Below, piece after piece: positions 28,035-37,713 of a DNA stretch of 44,211 bases. The first letter of the stretch is position 1. Every line of letters starts with the position of its first letter. Origin of the DNA: Candidatus Hodarchaeota archaeon (lineage in GTDB: Archaea; Asgardarchaeota; Heimdallarchaeia; Hodarchaeales; Hodarchaeaceae). The notes beneath the pieces are model-generated. The model was not told the origin of the DNA and made no database searches. It saw only the letters and a list, made by a program, of their open reading frames with translations. Location: positions 1 to 44,211 of the forward strand of contig JAEOTQ010000024.1 in assembly GCA_016839785.1 (NCBI GenBank), written 5' to 3'. Made by a program: the position numbers and the translations under genes.

Positions 28035-29543
28035 ATGACATCCAGATTTCTACAAGCTGTTCGACCCTTCATGTCGATTACTCCTGAGGTTGTAAAACCT
28101 ACCCGTGAAGTTCATTTCAATGAAAAAATGATCTGGACTTTTGCCGCCCTTATAATATATTTTGTAATGACTTCTACACCTATTATTGGTGCAGATTTAG
28201 GACAAGGTGATCCTTTTGCATTTATGAGGACTATTACTGCATCTACACAGGGATCACTTGCCGAACTCGGTATCGGGCCAATAGTAACTGCAGGATTAAT
28301 TATGCAAATTTTAGTTGGATCGAAGATAATTAATGTCAATATGGGAGACCCAGAGGAAAGATCGCTCTATACTGGAGCTCAAAAAGTGATGTCAGTATTA
28401 ATGACGATTATTGAAGCTGGTGCTTTTCTGATAGGTGGAACCTATGGAACCGATTTACCCCTTAGTTCTCAAGTGGGGATTATTTCTCAATTATTAGTCG
28501 CAGGAATTGTCATTATCTTGCTTGATGAAATGGTACAAAAAGGATGGGGTTTAGGTTCAGGAATTTCCTTGTTTATTGCTGGTGGAGTCGGATTACAGAT
28601 TTTCCAAGGATTATTTGCCCCCAATAATATTTTGGAGGGACCAAATAATGTAACCTCAGCTCGTGGGATTGTATTAGCATTCTTGTACTGGCTAGGAGAA
28701 GAAGGACCACTATCTGCCATTGGAAACTTGTTTTTTAGGTACAGTGTGAATCCAGCCCACAATTTAAATTTACCGTCATTGTCTATCCTCTCAGTAATTG
28801 CTACTATTGTTGTATTCATAATTGTGATTTATTTCGAATCAATGCGAATAGAAATACCAATTTCTTATGCTCAATATAAGGGAATAAGGTCTACTTATCC
28901 TATAAAATTACTTTACGTCTCAAATATCCCGGTAATATTAACATCAGCAGTTTTTGCTGATATATATTTCATTGCTCAGATGATATGGAATAGCTCAGGC
29001 CGAGAGAATTCAACGAGTTTATTAACCCAAATCCTTGGAACTTTTCAATTGGATACTGCGAGTGAGCAATATGTTCCAATAGGAGGATTGGTCTACTTTT
29101 TAACCCCTCCGCGCTCATTGATCGGGGAACAAGGCGTTTTCAATCTCCTAGACCCATTAAGCTCTCTCACACGAGCTTTTATATATGCCGTTATACTGAT
29201 TCTTCTTTCAGTGGTCTTCTCTATGATGTGGTTAGAGACAGCTGGTATGGGTCCAAGAGATGTCGCTAGTCAATTTCTACAATCTGGTATGCAGATGCCC
29301 GGATGGAGACGTAGTAAAAAGATTGTTGAACGTCGCCTTGAGATGTATATTCCGACGATAGCAATCATCGGTGGGCTTTTCATTGGAATTCTTGCAGCTT
29401 TTGCTGACTTCTTAGGAGCCATTGGTTCTGGTATGGGCATCCTTCTATCTGTCAGTATTATGCGGCAGTATTTCGAACTTATTAGTAAAGAACGGGTCGC
29501 TGAGATGAATCCCGCTCTGCGTGGATTCCTAGGGATTAGCTAG
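28035..29543 (+). CDS. secY: Protein translocase subunit SecY/Sec61-alpha
   Basis: GSLAELGIGPIVTAG, KGWGLGSGISLFIA, YPIKLLYVSNIPVIL, GSGMGILL; ATG 28035 after a GAGGT SD. Confidence 0.98.
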   Translation: MTSRFLQAVRPFMSITPEVVKPTREVHFNEKMIWTFAALIIYFVMTSTPIIGADLGQGDPFAFMRTITASTQGSLAELGIGPIVTAGLIMQILVGSKIINVNMGDPEERSLYTGAQKVMSVLMTIIEAGAFLIGGTYGTDLPLSSQVGIISQLLVAGIVIILLDEMVQKGWGLGSGISLFIAGGVGLQIFQGLFAPNNILEGPNNVTSARGIVLAFLYWLGEEGPLSAIGNLFFRYSVNPAHNLNLPSLSILSVIATIVVFIIVIYFESMRIEIPISYAQYKGIRSTYPIKLLYVSNIPVILTSAVFADIYFIAQMIWNSSGRENSTSLLTQILGTFQLDTASEQYVPIGGLVYFLTPPRSLIGEQGVFNLLDPLSSLTRAFIYAVILILLSVVFSMMWLETAGMGPRDVASQFLQSGMQMPGWRRSKKIVERRLEMYIPTIAIIGGLFIGILAAFADFLGAIGSGMGILLSVSIMRQYFELISKERVAEMNPALRGFLGIS

Positions 29544-29581
29544 AGGCTATTTGAGTCCTCTACCTTCCTATTTTTTCTTTT
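29541..29581 (+). terminator. Hairpin plus T-tract after secY
   Basis: TAGAGG...CCTCTA inverted repeat followed by TTTTTTCTTTT, between convergent genes. Confidence 0.45.
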
Positions 29582-29628
29582 GCAGGTTAAATACTCAAAA
29601 ATTAATATCTAAACAGCTCAATTGATTG

Positions 29629-31026
29629 TTATATTGACGAATTCAAGTTAATTTGATTTTTTTCCTCAGGCTCTTTAGTATTAATAAGAATGAGAATTCC
29701 AAGCGCACTAAGGATGAAAAGAAAGAGGATTGCTTCGGATATTCCAATTTTTTCCATAATTTGGCCTAAGAGGCTGAATCCAAGTATGGAAATAATGAGA
29801 GATACTGTATTGAAGTAAGATTCTTGAGAGCTTCTATACTCTGAATTTGTTATATCATAGTATAACTGCCAGTGAAGGCCTGAGGTCAATCCACTGATAA
29901 GAAGCCGACTCAGGAAAATAATTACAATAAAAAGAAGTTTCCAATAAACGCTTGTATTGAGTAGGAGAATGAAGAAGAATGAAATCCAAGCAAAAGGGAA
30001 ATTAATACTATAAAATACAATTAAACCCTGACGGGGAGATTTAATGGACGCTGTAAATCTTCCTGAAAATCTACTAGATATTCCGTATACAAGATCCGTA
30101 ATTGAATTTACCAGGGATAAAATTAAGATAGCTACCGAAGCGAAATCGATTGTAAAGTAATTTCCACTCCCAAAATTTTCAGGAGATAATAAAAAATACA
30201 CCAATACTGGAAAAATGATTGTTGTAAAAGCCAATGAAGTAAAGCTCAGTATTCCAAAACATAGAAAATAAGGTGAGACATGAATGTAATTAACCATGAG
30301 TCTATTAGCCATACTTACAATATATGATTTTTTAAGGGTTGTTTCATTTTCTGATGGCAGAATAATATGTCTATTCCGTTCTATGGGTCTATAGTTCACC
30401 ATAATGGTGCATCCAAAGATGAATCCCACTAATGCAATAAATCCTTGTAGTAAAAATATCAATTGGGGAGCTAAATGAGCTTGAAATAATAAAAATCCTC
30501 CTAGAATTGTTAAAGAAGAAACTGCAATCATTTTAACAAATTTTACATTGCCCATGGTACTACGAAACAGCTTATCACTCTTTTCATTTTTATCGATAAG
30601 ATTTTCCCAAGAATTTAGAAACCATGCAATGAATGAGCCTGAAAGAAGAGCGGAGAATATACCAACTAATATTTCAAGGCATAATAGCTGAAACGAAGTT
30701 TTAGCGAAAATCAAACCGAAATAATATATTGTTAAACACCCCAAAGCACCACAAAATGCCCCTCTTTGCCCAAATCTGTCGGTGAGTACCCCCAAAGGGA
30801 GATCCAAGACGATTCCAAAAATCATACCAGTTGCTACAATACTTCCAAAAAGGGCGTACGATCCAAGAATTGAAATATAATATAAAGAAATCCATGTATG
30901 ACTAAGGTAAATTACTGCAATAATGAGCTCGAGACTGAAAAATTTCAAAGTTAGACTTTTCAGCTCTTCAGGATAATTTTTAACCCCCAATAAGGTATCA
31001 ACATATAGCACATGCTTGACCTCCAA
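29629..31026 (-). CDS. MFS transporter
   Basis: About 12 TM segments; motif A GVLTDRFGQR; ALLSGSFIAW; YRSSQES. Confidence 0.9.
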   Translation of the reverse strand: MEVKHVLYVDTLLGVKNYPEELKSLTLKFFSLELIIAVIYLSHTWISLYYISILGSYALFGSIVATGMIFGIVLDLPLGVLTDRFGQRGAFCGALGCLTIYYFGLIFAKTSFQLLCLEILVGIFSALLSGSFIAWFLNSWENLIDKNEKSDKLFRSTMGNVKFVKMIAVSSLTILGGFLLFQAHLAPQLIFLLQGFIALVGFIFGCTIMVNYRPIERNRHIILPSENETTLKKSYIVSMANRLMVNYIHVSPYFLCFGILSFTSLAFTTIIFPVLVYFLLSPENFGSGNYFTIDFASVAILILSLVNSITDLVYGISSRFSGRFTASIKSPRQGLIVFYSINFPFAWISFFFILLLNTSVYWKLLFIVIIFLSRLLISGLTSGLHWQLYYDITNSEYRSSQESYFNTVSLIISILGFSLLGQIMEKIGISEAILFLFILSALGILILINTKEPEEKNQINLNSSI

Positions 31027-31047
31027 GTTAACAAAGAAAATTCCTAA

Positions 31048-32421
31048 TTATGTAGGTGAAAGTTGCTGTGCGATACTGGAGACTAAACTAAAGTTAACAA
31101 TAGGGAAAGATTGAGAATTCACCTCTCCTCCAGAAATGATGACTAGATACGGTACCTTACCTAAATTCTTTTTATAATATTCAAGATATTGTTGAAATCG
31201 ATCTCCGACAATCATTGCACGATTTCCACAATCAAAGAATAAACCAAATTTGGTGTTGTCTTCAATTAAAGATGATAAGCTTTTATCTAACAAGTTTTCA
31301 ATTGTTACCGCGCTTTGGTTACAAATATACGATTGGAATTGTTCTTTATAATCAACATATAGCTTTTTAGCTACCTGATTCGGTGCTGTAATTAAAGCAT
31401 GATTAAGATTTGGATTTATTGAAAGTCCATATAAGTTCTGACTCTTTTTATTATCAAGAATACATAAAGGTCTAAAGGGGTGATAGTAAAAGTATTTTTG
31501 GGTACATTCTTCAAGAATTTCTGGAGTTTTCTCCATCTCAAATAATTTAAGCAAAGAAATTGCCCCCCATTGCCCGTTTATACGTGGGATGAAACCCCCA
31601 TCTAAATAACTGTCAAGAGAAAATGGTTTTTGATAATCTACTGTCGCTCCGGTGTCCGTTTTACTCATAAATCTTAATTCGGGAGAACTCAGAGATATAA
31701 ACGTCATAGAATCTTTAAATGCTTTATAATTGTAAAACTGGTACGATTTATTCATTGAAATTGAGTCTACACCAAAGGTACCAGTATAATGAATACCTCG
31801 TTCATATAATTCTTGAAATAATGGCCATGCTGATGAATATGAGATTCCAATACCACCTATGTTCATGAGGAAATTAACAATTTTCCCTGAAAATCGGGAA
31901 AGAGCCGGAAAATCCCTCCAGACTCGATTATTTAACGCAAAGAATGGATTAAAGCCTTTAAGTCTATGGTTCAATAAATTTACCATAAGTTTTGGGAATC
32001 CTAGACCAGGTGGGAAAAAAATAAAACTTGTAGAAGAATTCTGTCGTAATTCTTTAGTTTCAATGTCTGTACATTTCTTTAAGATTTTCTTCGTTTTAGC
32101 CATAGTTCTAATACGAAAACGCTTTACAAGCTGTGTTCTAACAGAGATACCTGAAAAAAACATGATAGCTGCTCCTTTCAAACCATAATCCTGATTATTG
32201 GCTATTCCAATTCCTGAGCATCCCGCTAATGGAGTGTTAGGATATTTCTTCTTAATGATCTTCAAAGATTGACTATAGATATTTTTTCCACCTGGATGAG
32301 TTCCTGTAAAGTACAGAATTCCAGTTGGTTGAGTATTCAGCTCTTTTTCAGCCTGTTCAAGGGCGTTTTTCGTAGCCAGTTTTAAATTGTGATTGATACA
32401 TAGACCAACGGATGCTTTCAT
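31048..32421 (-). CDS. FIST-domain sensory protein (FIST_N + FIST_C)
   Basis: PLAGCSGIG (FIST_N); FFDCGNR and GGEV...VNFS (FIST_C). Confidence 0.8.
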   Translation of the reverse strand: MKASVGLCINHNLKLATKNALEQAEKELNTQPTGILYFTGTHPGGKNIYSQSLKIIKKKYPNTPLAGCSGIGIANNQDYGLKGAAIMFFSGISVRTQLVKRFRIRTMAKTKKILKKCTDIETKELRQNSSTSFIFFPPGLGFPKLMVNLLNHRLKGFNPFFALNNRVWRDFPALSRFSGKIVNFLMNIGGIGISYSSAWPLFQELYERGIHYTGTFGVDSISMNKSYQFYNYKAFKDSMTFISLSSPELRFMSKTDTGATVDYQKPFSLDSYLDGGFIPRINGQWGAISLLKLFEMEKTPEILEECTQKYFYYHPFRPLCILDNKKSQNLYGLSINPNLNHALITAPNQVAKKLYVDYKEQFQSYICNQSAVTIENLLDKSLSSLIEDNTKFGLFFDCGNRAMIVGDRFQQYLEYYKKNLGKVPYLVIISGGEVNSQSFPIVNFSLVSSIAQQLSPT

Positions 32422-32426
32422 TGTTT

Positions 32427-32867
32427 TTAATCCCCTATTGATTGTTTCCTATCAATTATTAATCCTAATCGTTTCGCGGTTCTGCTCATCTCTATTTCCA
32501 TTAATCCTGTATTTGCTCTTGAATGTAAAATTGCAACTAGAATTCCTGAATTACCAGTACGATAGAAATAAACCGGTATCGCTTCATTTTGATTTATCTG
32601 CTTATTATATTTTATGGATCTTGCACCATGTTTGAGTTCTTCTTTGGTTTTGGAAATAATCTCTTTAACCCACTTAATAACGGATAATATCAAGTTAGAA
32701 GTTTCTGTATCATAAAAAGATGATATTACTCTACCATCTAAACGAAAAAGAATTGTCGCTTTCACATCTCGAAAAGTGAAAAGATGGTTTGCTTCTGTCT
32801 GGATAGAGGAGATCGCTTTTGTTAATCTTAAAGCCTGGTCGTCAATTTCACGCGTTTGAGATATCAT
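32427..32867 (-). CDS. Roadblock/LC7 (LAMTOR/MglB-like) domain protein
   Basis: VKATILFRLDGRVISS...ILVAILHSRANTGLMEIEMSRTAKRL matches the roadblock pattern; ATG 32867 overlaps the KaiC gene end by 20 nt. Confidence 0.8.
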   Translation of the reverse strand: MISQTREIDDQALRLTKAISSIQTEANHLFTFRDVKATILFRLDGRVISSFYDTETSNLILSVIKWVKEIISKTKEELKHGARSIKYNKQINQNEAIPVYFYRTGNSGILVAILHSRANTGLMEIEMSRTAKRLGLIIDRKQSIGD

Positions 32868-33597
32868 ATACAATAAGTCCTTTATCCTTTTGGAAACCGA
32901 TGGGTTGAGGAGTTTCAGAGTGCGATGATCCACGGAATTTTCTTATGCTTAATGTTCTATTGTAAATTCCCCCTAGTCCGATATGTTCAAGTTCTATTAT
33001 AGAATCAGACAGAAAAAGAGGAATTCTTGCCAACACATCGCCAAAGCCCTTTTCTAATGTAATTACTGATGTTCCAATTTCTCTTAAGGAAGAAAAAATA
33101 CGATTAATTGCATTACGTTGTTGATTTGGGTCCGAGATTTCAAGGAGTAATGGGGTCAAAGGATCAATTGCTATTCGTATACCTCCGGAATATTTGGAGG
33201 CGGTTTCCTTTATCACTTCAAGATATTTAGGAAGTTCATTCATGAAAAATCTTAATCCAATCTCTCCTGAAGTTAATTCTGAATCAACATTGAAAGCAAC
33301 TTGGAATTGTAAATTTCCTTCTCGATATTTCTTGTTAAAGTTTTTTAGGCCGATATCGCTACAATCTCTTAATACCGAGTTTATATTCTGTTCTAAAGAA
33401 ACATAAAGCGCTGGAGTATGTAGATCATCAGAACAGTACTGCCAACAAAAAGTGGATTTGCCACACCCAGGATCCGCAATGATTACATTCACTGAATGCT
33501 CTCTAAATCCACCATTCACAAGCTTGTCAAACCCGATAACGCCACTGTGTATTCTCGAATTTTGCTCATTAATCGTTTTTCTTAATAATTTTTGCAT
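32848..33597 (-). CDS. KaiC/RAD55-family ATPase (single domain)
   Basis: SGVIGFDKLVNGG, Walker A DPGCGKS, YVSLEQ, IAID, RTLSIRKFRGSSHS. Confidence 0.92.
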   Translation of the reverse strand: MQKLLRKTINEQNSRIHSGVIGFDKLVNGGFREHSVNVIIADPGCGKSTFCWQYCSDDLHTPALYVSLEQNINSVLRDCSDIGLKNFNKKYREGNLQFQVAFNVDSELTSGEIGLRFFMNELPKYLEVIKETASKYSGGIRIAIDPLTPLLLEISDPNQQRNAINRIFSSLREIGTSVITLEKGFGDVLARIPLFLSDSIIELEHIGLGGIYNRTLSIRKFRGSSHSETPQPIGFQKDKGLIVYDISNA

Positions 33598-33607
33598 AAT
33601 TAATTCC

Positions 33608-34216
33608 TCATGAAACTAGAAGTTTGTTAGACAATTGTTTGTTTGAGTTTGAAGATATATTACTTAATTTGCTGTTTTTTCTTTCGATCGTTAGTAGGAC
33701 TTTCTCAAAAATATTCATGACTGATTTTATATCCTTAGCTGAACATTTAAAAGAAGTAATACAGTTGAACCTTTGAATATATCGTGCTAAATTAAAATTT
33801 TTCTCATCATCGGTTGCTAAGTCGGATTTAGTGCCGATTAAAAATCGTGGGATAGTCGGTGTTATGAACTCAAGCCATTCAGAAAGATTGAATAAGGAAG
33901 AAAGATCGGTAAGGTCAAAACAAAGTAATGCTGCATCTGCACCTTTGCAGAACTCACCAAAGACTCCCATATGTTTGAAATGTTCTTGACCCCCAAGGTC
34001 CCAAATCTGCAATTTACTCACATCCTTGTCTGAATGGGTGATAATCTTTGAATGGAACTCAACTGCGATCGTTTGTTTCGATTTCGTAAAAAAATAATTA
34101 TCAATGTATGATTTAGAAATTGTAGTTTTTCCTACACCTCCCTCTCCTAAAAGTACTATTTTTATCGGTTTTTTTTCTTTCGAAGGAACTAACTGCAAAT
34201 AATACACCGATTTCAT
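33608..34216 (-). CDS. Rab-like small GTPase
   Basis: G1 GEGGVGKT, G2 TIAVEF, G3 WDLGGQE, G4 TKSD, G5 SAK; no C-terminal prenylation Cys. Confidence 0.95.
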   Translation of the reverse strand: MKSVYYLQLVPSKEKKPIKIVLLGEGGVGKTTISKSYIDNYFFTKSKQTIAVEFHSKIITHSDKDVSKLQIWDLGGQEHFKHMGVFGEFCKGADAALLCFDLTDLSSLFNLSEWLEFITPTIPRFLIGTKSDLATDDEKNFNLARYIQRFNCITSFKCSAKDIKSVMNIFEKVLLTIERKNSKLSNISSNSNKQLSNKLLVS

Positions 34217-34303
34217 AACTTGAGCTTTTCATTTTAAAGTCCCTAAAATAATGGATTTCTGGGATATTATAAACAAACTTGGGCTAATTCCTACGATTGA
34301 ATC

Positions 34304-34516
34304 ATGAAAGCACACAATGTTTTGAAAGGAATTCTTTCCAGAAAAATAAGCATACAGAATAAGAGAAGAGGTTCCCCACTTGTGGAAGAAGGAATTTTGA
34401 TAGGGTTAAGTTTATTCGGTTTTCTATTGATATTTTCCATTGTTACAGGAGTTTTGGACTGGCTTTTGATAAATGCAGATGAATTACTGAGAGAACTTGG
34501 GTCGTTATTTCCATAA
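34304..34516 (+). CDS. Short class III signal-peptide (type IV pilin-like) protein
   Basis: KRRG|SPLVEE followed by a 20-aa hydrophobic stretch; Glu at +5. Confidence 0.65.
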   Translation: MKAHNVLKGILSRKISIQNKRRGSPLVEEGILIGLSLFGFLLIFSIVTGVLDWLLINADELLRELGSLFP

Positions 34517-34658
34517 ATGAGCCTTATCTCAACAAAACCGGTTACAAACAGCTTTTTAATAGGGAATAAGCACTTATCTGAAAATTAAAACACACATTTG
34601 TGTTTAGAAACTTCTAAAATTTGAGACCCAGTGTGAAAATTAATAGGCAAGTTTGAAA

Positions 34659-34733
34659 TGGACCGAGTGGGATTTGAACCCACGGCCTCCTGGATGCAAA
34701 CCAGGCGCTGCTACCAAGCTGAGCTATCGGCCC
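34659..34733 (-). tRNA. tRNA-Ala(TGC)
   Basis: Acceptor GGGCCGA/TCGGTCC with G3:U70; anticodon arm CCTGG-TTTGCAT-CCAGG; T loop TTCAAAT. Confidence 0.96.
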
Positions 34734-34763
34734 AATGAGTTGATTTCTGAATATTTTATGATG

Positions 34764-34778
34764 TTTTAAAAAGCTTTC
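34764..34778 (-). promoter_or_regulatory. BRE-TATA promoter of tRNA-Ala
   Basis: GAAAGC-TTTTTAAA about 30 nt upstream of the tRNA 5' end. Confidence 0.55.
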
Positions 34779-35343
34779 AATTATCTTTAGGCGGGGGATC
34801 CTTCCAAATTTTCCTTGGATCTTGTTTTAATTTGAATCGTTTTTGCTCTAAGAGTCGATAAACTGTTCCATGTTTGGATCCTCGAATTAGCATATCTATC
34901 GCTTCTTTTGCAGAGCGTATTTCTTCTATATCTCCGATTATTGAAATTTGTGATCCAAAAATTGAAATATACGTATCTGTTCCAGACTCGATCATATTTC
35001 TAGCTTTTCCCTTCTCTCCAATTAAACGGGATTTTAATCTTTTTATATTATTCTTAGACCCTTCTAAATGAATTGTTTCTAGAAAAATGCTATCATCAAT
35101 TAAATAAAAGGCTTTATCTGCATTAAAACCTCTTCCAATTGCTTTTATGATATCTCGCGCCTTCCAAACATAAGTTGGATCGATAGTGTTCTCATTGGAT
35201 ACTATAACAATCGATCCATCATCACTATCTACTTGAACATTTACCCCAGCAAGTGATTCAATTTCTGCTTTAGTTTCTCCCTTTTTTCCAATTAATACTC
35301 CTATTCTACTCCTTGGAATTTTTATTCGGTATGAGAAACTCAT
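34777..35343 (-). CDS. KH-domain SSU maturation factor Dim2/Pno1 (Krr1 family)
   Basis: RIGVLIGKKG, KAIGRGF, RLIGEKGKAR, GSKHGTVY; follows rio1. Confidence 0.95.
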   Translation of the reverse strand: MSFSYRIKIPRSRIGVLIGKKGETKAEIESLAGVNVQVDSDDGSIVIVSNENTIDPTYVWKARDIIKAIGRGFNADKAFYLIDDSIFLETIHLEGSKNNIKRLKSRLIGEKGKARNMIESGTDTYISIFGSQISIIGDIEEIRSAKEAIDMLIRGSKHGTVYRLLEQKRFKLKQDPRKIWKDPPPKDN

Positions 35344-35357
35344 TATTAAACCCTTTC

Positions 35358-36182
35358 CTAAATGGATGATAATTCATCATTGACAATCGAATCAAAAATC
35401 AACTCTGCTTCAGGTGTATTAACTCCTCTGGTTGAGAAATAATATAAGATGTTGTTTAAATCTCTTTCTAAAAATTCTTCTGCTTTTGGATGAGAAGTTA
35501 TAACGCTTTGACTCATGTCTATTAGATATGGAGTTGAATTCTTGACTAAGATATTGTAGGGAGATAAATCTGCATGTATAAGTCCAGCTTTTCTGTATAG
35601 TATCTTAATCTGGGCTAAAATTGATTTCAACATTATTTGAGTAGCTTCAGCTGAACTTACTTTTAGTAGTTGACAGGGAATCCCATCTTCTCCAATTAAT
35701 TCCATTAATAGGACATTATTTTTTACCAGAATCGGTTTCGGTACATTAACTCCTGCAAGATGACTTCGACTTAAATTTCTATACTCTTTCTCAGCCCATA
35801 ATTTTACTAAGTTTCTAGTTTTTTTACTGTATTTCTTAAATCGAATATCACCGGTAATGTACTTTTCAATACTCCTGAAATTCAATGTACTAGTCCTAAA
35901 AATTTTTATTACAATTGGTGATTCTATCGATAAATCTTGACACAATACAATCCCTTTTGGACCAAGATTTGCAAGAAAAACTCCCGATTCTTTTCCAGAA
36001 GCAATTGTCCCAGAAATAGCATCAATTATCCCCTTACTCTGAAGACCTGATAATATTTTTGTTGTATTTCCATCTATTACTGCATTAATTGTCTGGAAAT
36101 CTTCCTTTCCCTTTCTTTTTTTACGCCAGCGATCGTTATTATCAGATAATTTTTCCCAAATTCTCTTATCATCGGGTTTCAT
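35358..36182 (-). CDS. rio1: RIO1 kinase
   Basis: SGKESGV, YITGDIRF, WAEKEYRNL, LIHADLSPYNIL, IDMSQ. Confidence 0.96.
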   Translation of the reverse strand: MKPDDKRIWEKLSDNNDRWRKKRKGKEDFQTINAVIDGNTTKILSGLQSKGIIDAISGTIASGKESGVFLANLGPKGIVLCQDLSIESPIVIKIFRTSTLNFRSIEKYITGDIRFKKYSKKTRNLVKLWAEKEYRNLSRSHLAGVNVPKPILVKNNVLLMELIGEDGIPCQLLKVSSAEATQIMLKSILAQIKILYRKAGLIHADLSPYNILVKNSTPYLIDMSQSVITSHPKAEEFLERDLNNILYYFSTRGVNTPEAELIFDSIVNDELSSI

Positions 36183-36780
36183 TTTGCGAAGTCCTCGTAA
36201 ATGAGGTTACTAGTTTCCCAAATGATTTTGCAGTTACACGATTCTGAATAAGGTTACAATTTTGACATTTCAAAGCATTTGGTCTGAAAAAAACAAGATC
36301 ATGACCACAGTGATTACACTGAGCTATTACAACCCCTAAATCGTCACCAATAAGACTGATGTATACAGGCTTCATAGTTCTTACAATTTTAAACTTAAGC
36401 CAATCTCCAGGACGAGTTACTTCATACATATTTTTTACGAATCTTCTGGAAGCTTCAGATACATGTAAAATGCTATTAATCGGTAAAGGAACTTCCCTAT
36501 TGTTTATTCTATGAATATCTACAGAAGCAATTTGTTTTTTCACATATACAACATTACCAACACCAGTATCCCCTCTCCTGAGTTGCAATACTCTTTTAAT
36601 TGGTTTTACTGTAATCTTATGTTTTTTTAGATCAGGAGATACTTCACCAGTTGTCATAGATAAAATGCTCCCATCCTGCTCAAAGCATGTCTCGTCAGGT
36701 AAAAATTCCTCTATTACCGCAATTTTGTCACCTGGTACAACTCGGCTTTGAGTAGATTTTTCTACATGTTTTTTACTCAT
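36169..36780 (-). CDS. csl4: Exosome cap subunit Csl4
   Basis: VVPGDKIAVIEEFLP, S1 domain (LHVSE...RPGD), LGVVIAQCNHCG...CQNC. Confidence 0.94.
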   Translation of the reverse strand: MSKKHVEKSTQSRVVPGDKIAVIEEFLPDETCFEQDGSILSMTTGEVSPDLKKHKITVKPIKRVLQLRRGDTGVGNVVYVKKQIASVDIHRINNREVPLPINSILHVSEASRRFVKNMYEVTRPGDWLKFKIVRTMKPVYISLIGDDLGVVIAQCNHCGHDLVFFRPNALKCQNCNLIQNRVTAKSFGKLVTSFTRTSQNETR

Positions 36781-36940
36781 TTCCAATCCCAATGGAAGGT
36801 AATGCGGAATAATATTAATATTCTACTAGAATTTTCCACTTTCTTTTCAAGAATATTCCTCCTTTTTCAGGCAAAGATATTGTCTTTGTGAATTTCAACC
36901 TTGTTTTGAGTAGCATTCGACTATGATTTCAATTTGCATA

Positions 36941-37624
36941 CTACTTGGAGAATCGAACTAAATCTACCTGTACCTTATGTTGATCACGATTATGAAATTT
37001 AAACGTTCGAGGTAGAGAGAATTCTATGGTGGCAAGTATTGTTGACGTTTTTTTATGAGAAGAAGCAATTCTTTTCCATAAGCTTCGTGAACTTATGCTT
37101 GTTTTATGCAAGGATAGGACGACTTCAGAATAAGAGAGTGATTTTCGGAGGAAAACTTGGTCAATACCTCTCCTCTGAGTCCCAAAAGGTGGATTCATGA
37201 TCGTTGTACGAAAAAGATATTTCCAATTACTTGCTTCAACAAATTCTATAGCAGTATTCAGGAGATCAACATGAAGATTTAGTTTCTTCATTGTGGTACG
37301 AAGTTGATCTAAGACTGAAATATCATTATCTACCCCAATGACTCTTTTAGAAAAAAATTTTGATATGGGAAGAGTGAATCTTCCAGTTCCACAGCCTAAA
37401 TCCACAATATTCCTATTAGTTAAATCCTTCTTCGCTAAAATAAGAATAAATGAGATTAAATCGCTTGGGAGCGAATATTGTTCTGATCTGATATTGGGTA
37501 CCTTAAATGTTGCAATTTGATTAACAAACGACCTGATTTCATCAAATAATCTCAAGTCACTCCCTGAAAAATCCAGTTTTCTTGGATACTGAAGTTCAAA
37601 TTGTAGATTATTTGGGATTGACAT
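36941..37624 (-). CDS. METTL5-family N6-adenine RNA methyltransferase
   Basis: EQY, VDLGCGTG, MNPPFG, SLHK, FKFH motifs. Confidence 0.92.
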   Translation of the reverse strand: MSIPNNLQFELQYPRKLDFSGSDLRLFDEIRSFVNQIATFKVPNIRSEQYSLPSDLISFILILAKKDLTNRNIVDLGCGTGRFTLPISKFFSKRVIGVDNDISVLDQLRTTMKKLNLHVDLLNTAIEFVEASNWKYLFRTTIMNPPFGTQRRGIDQVFLRKSLSYSEVVLSLHKTSISSRSLWKRIASSHKKTSTILATIEFSLPRTFKFHNRDQHKVQVDLVRFSK

Positions 37625-37713
37625 AATTTCAAATGCATAAATACCTAGATATCACTAAAAGTATTTCTCTCCCCTGCTAATGCAAAAAGAAAATGGAGAT
37701 TTAACGAGGGATA

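Noticed and set aside
32848-33597. Circadian clock interpretation of the KaiC-like gene
   Set aside because: Single domain, no kaiA or kaiB nearby.
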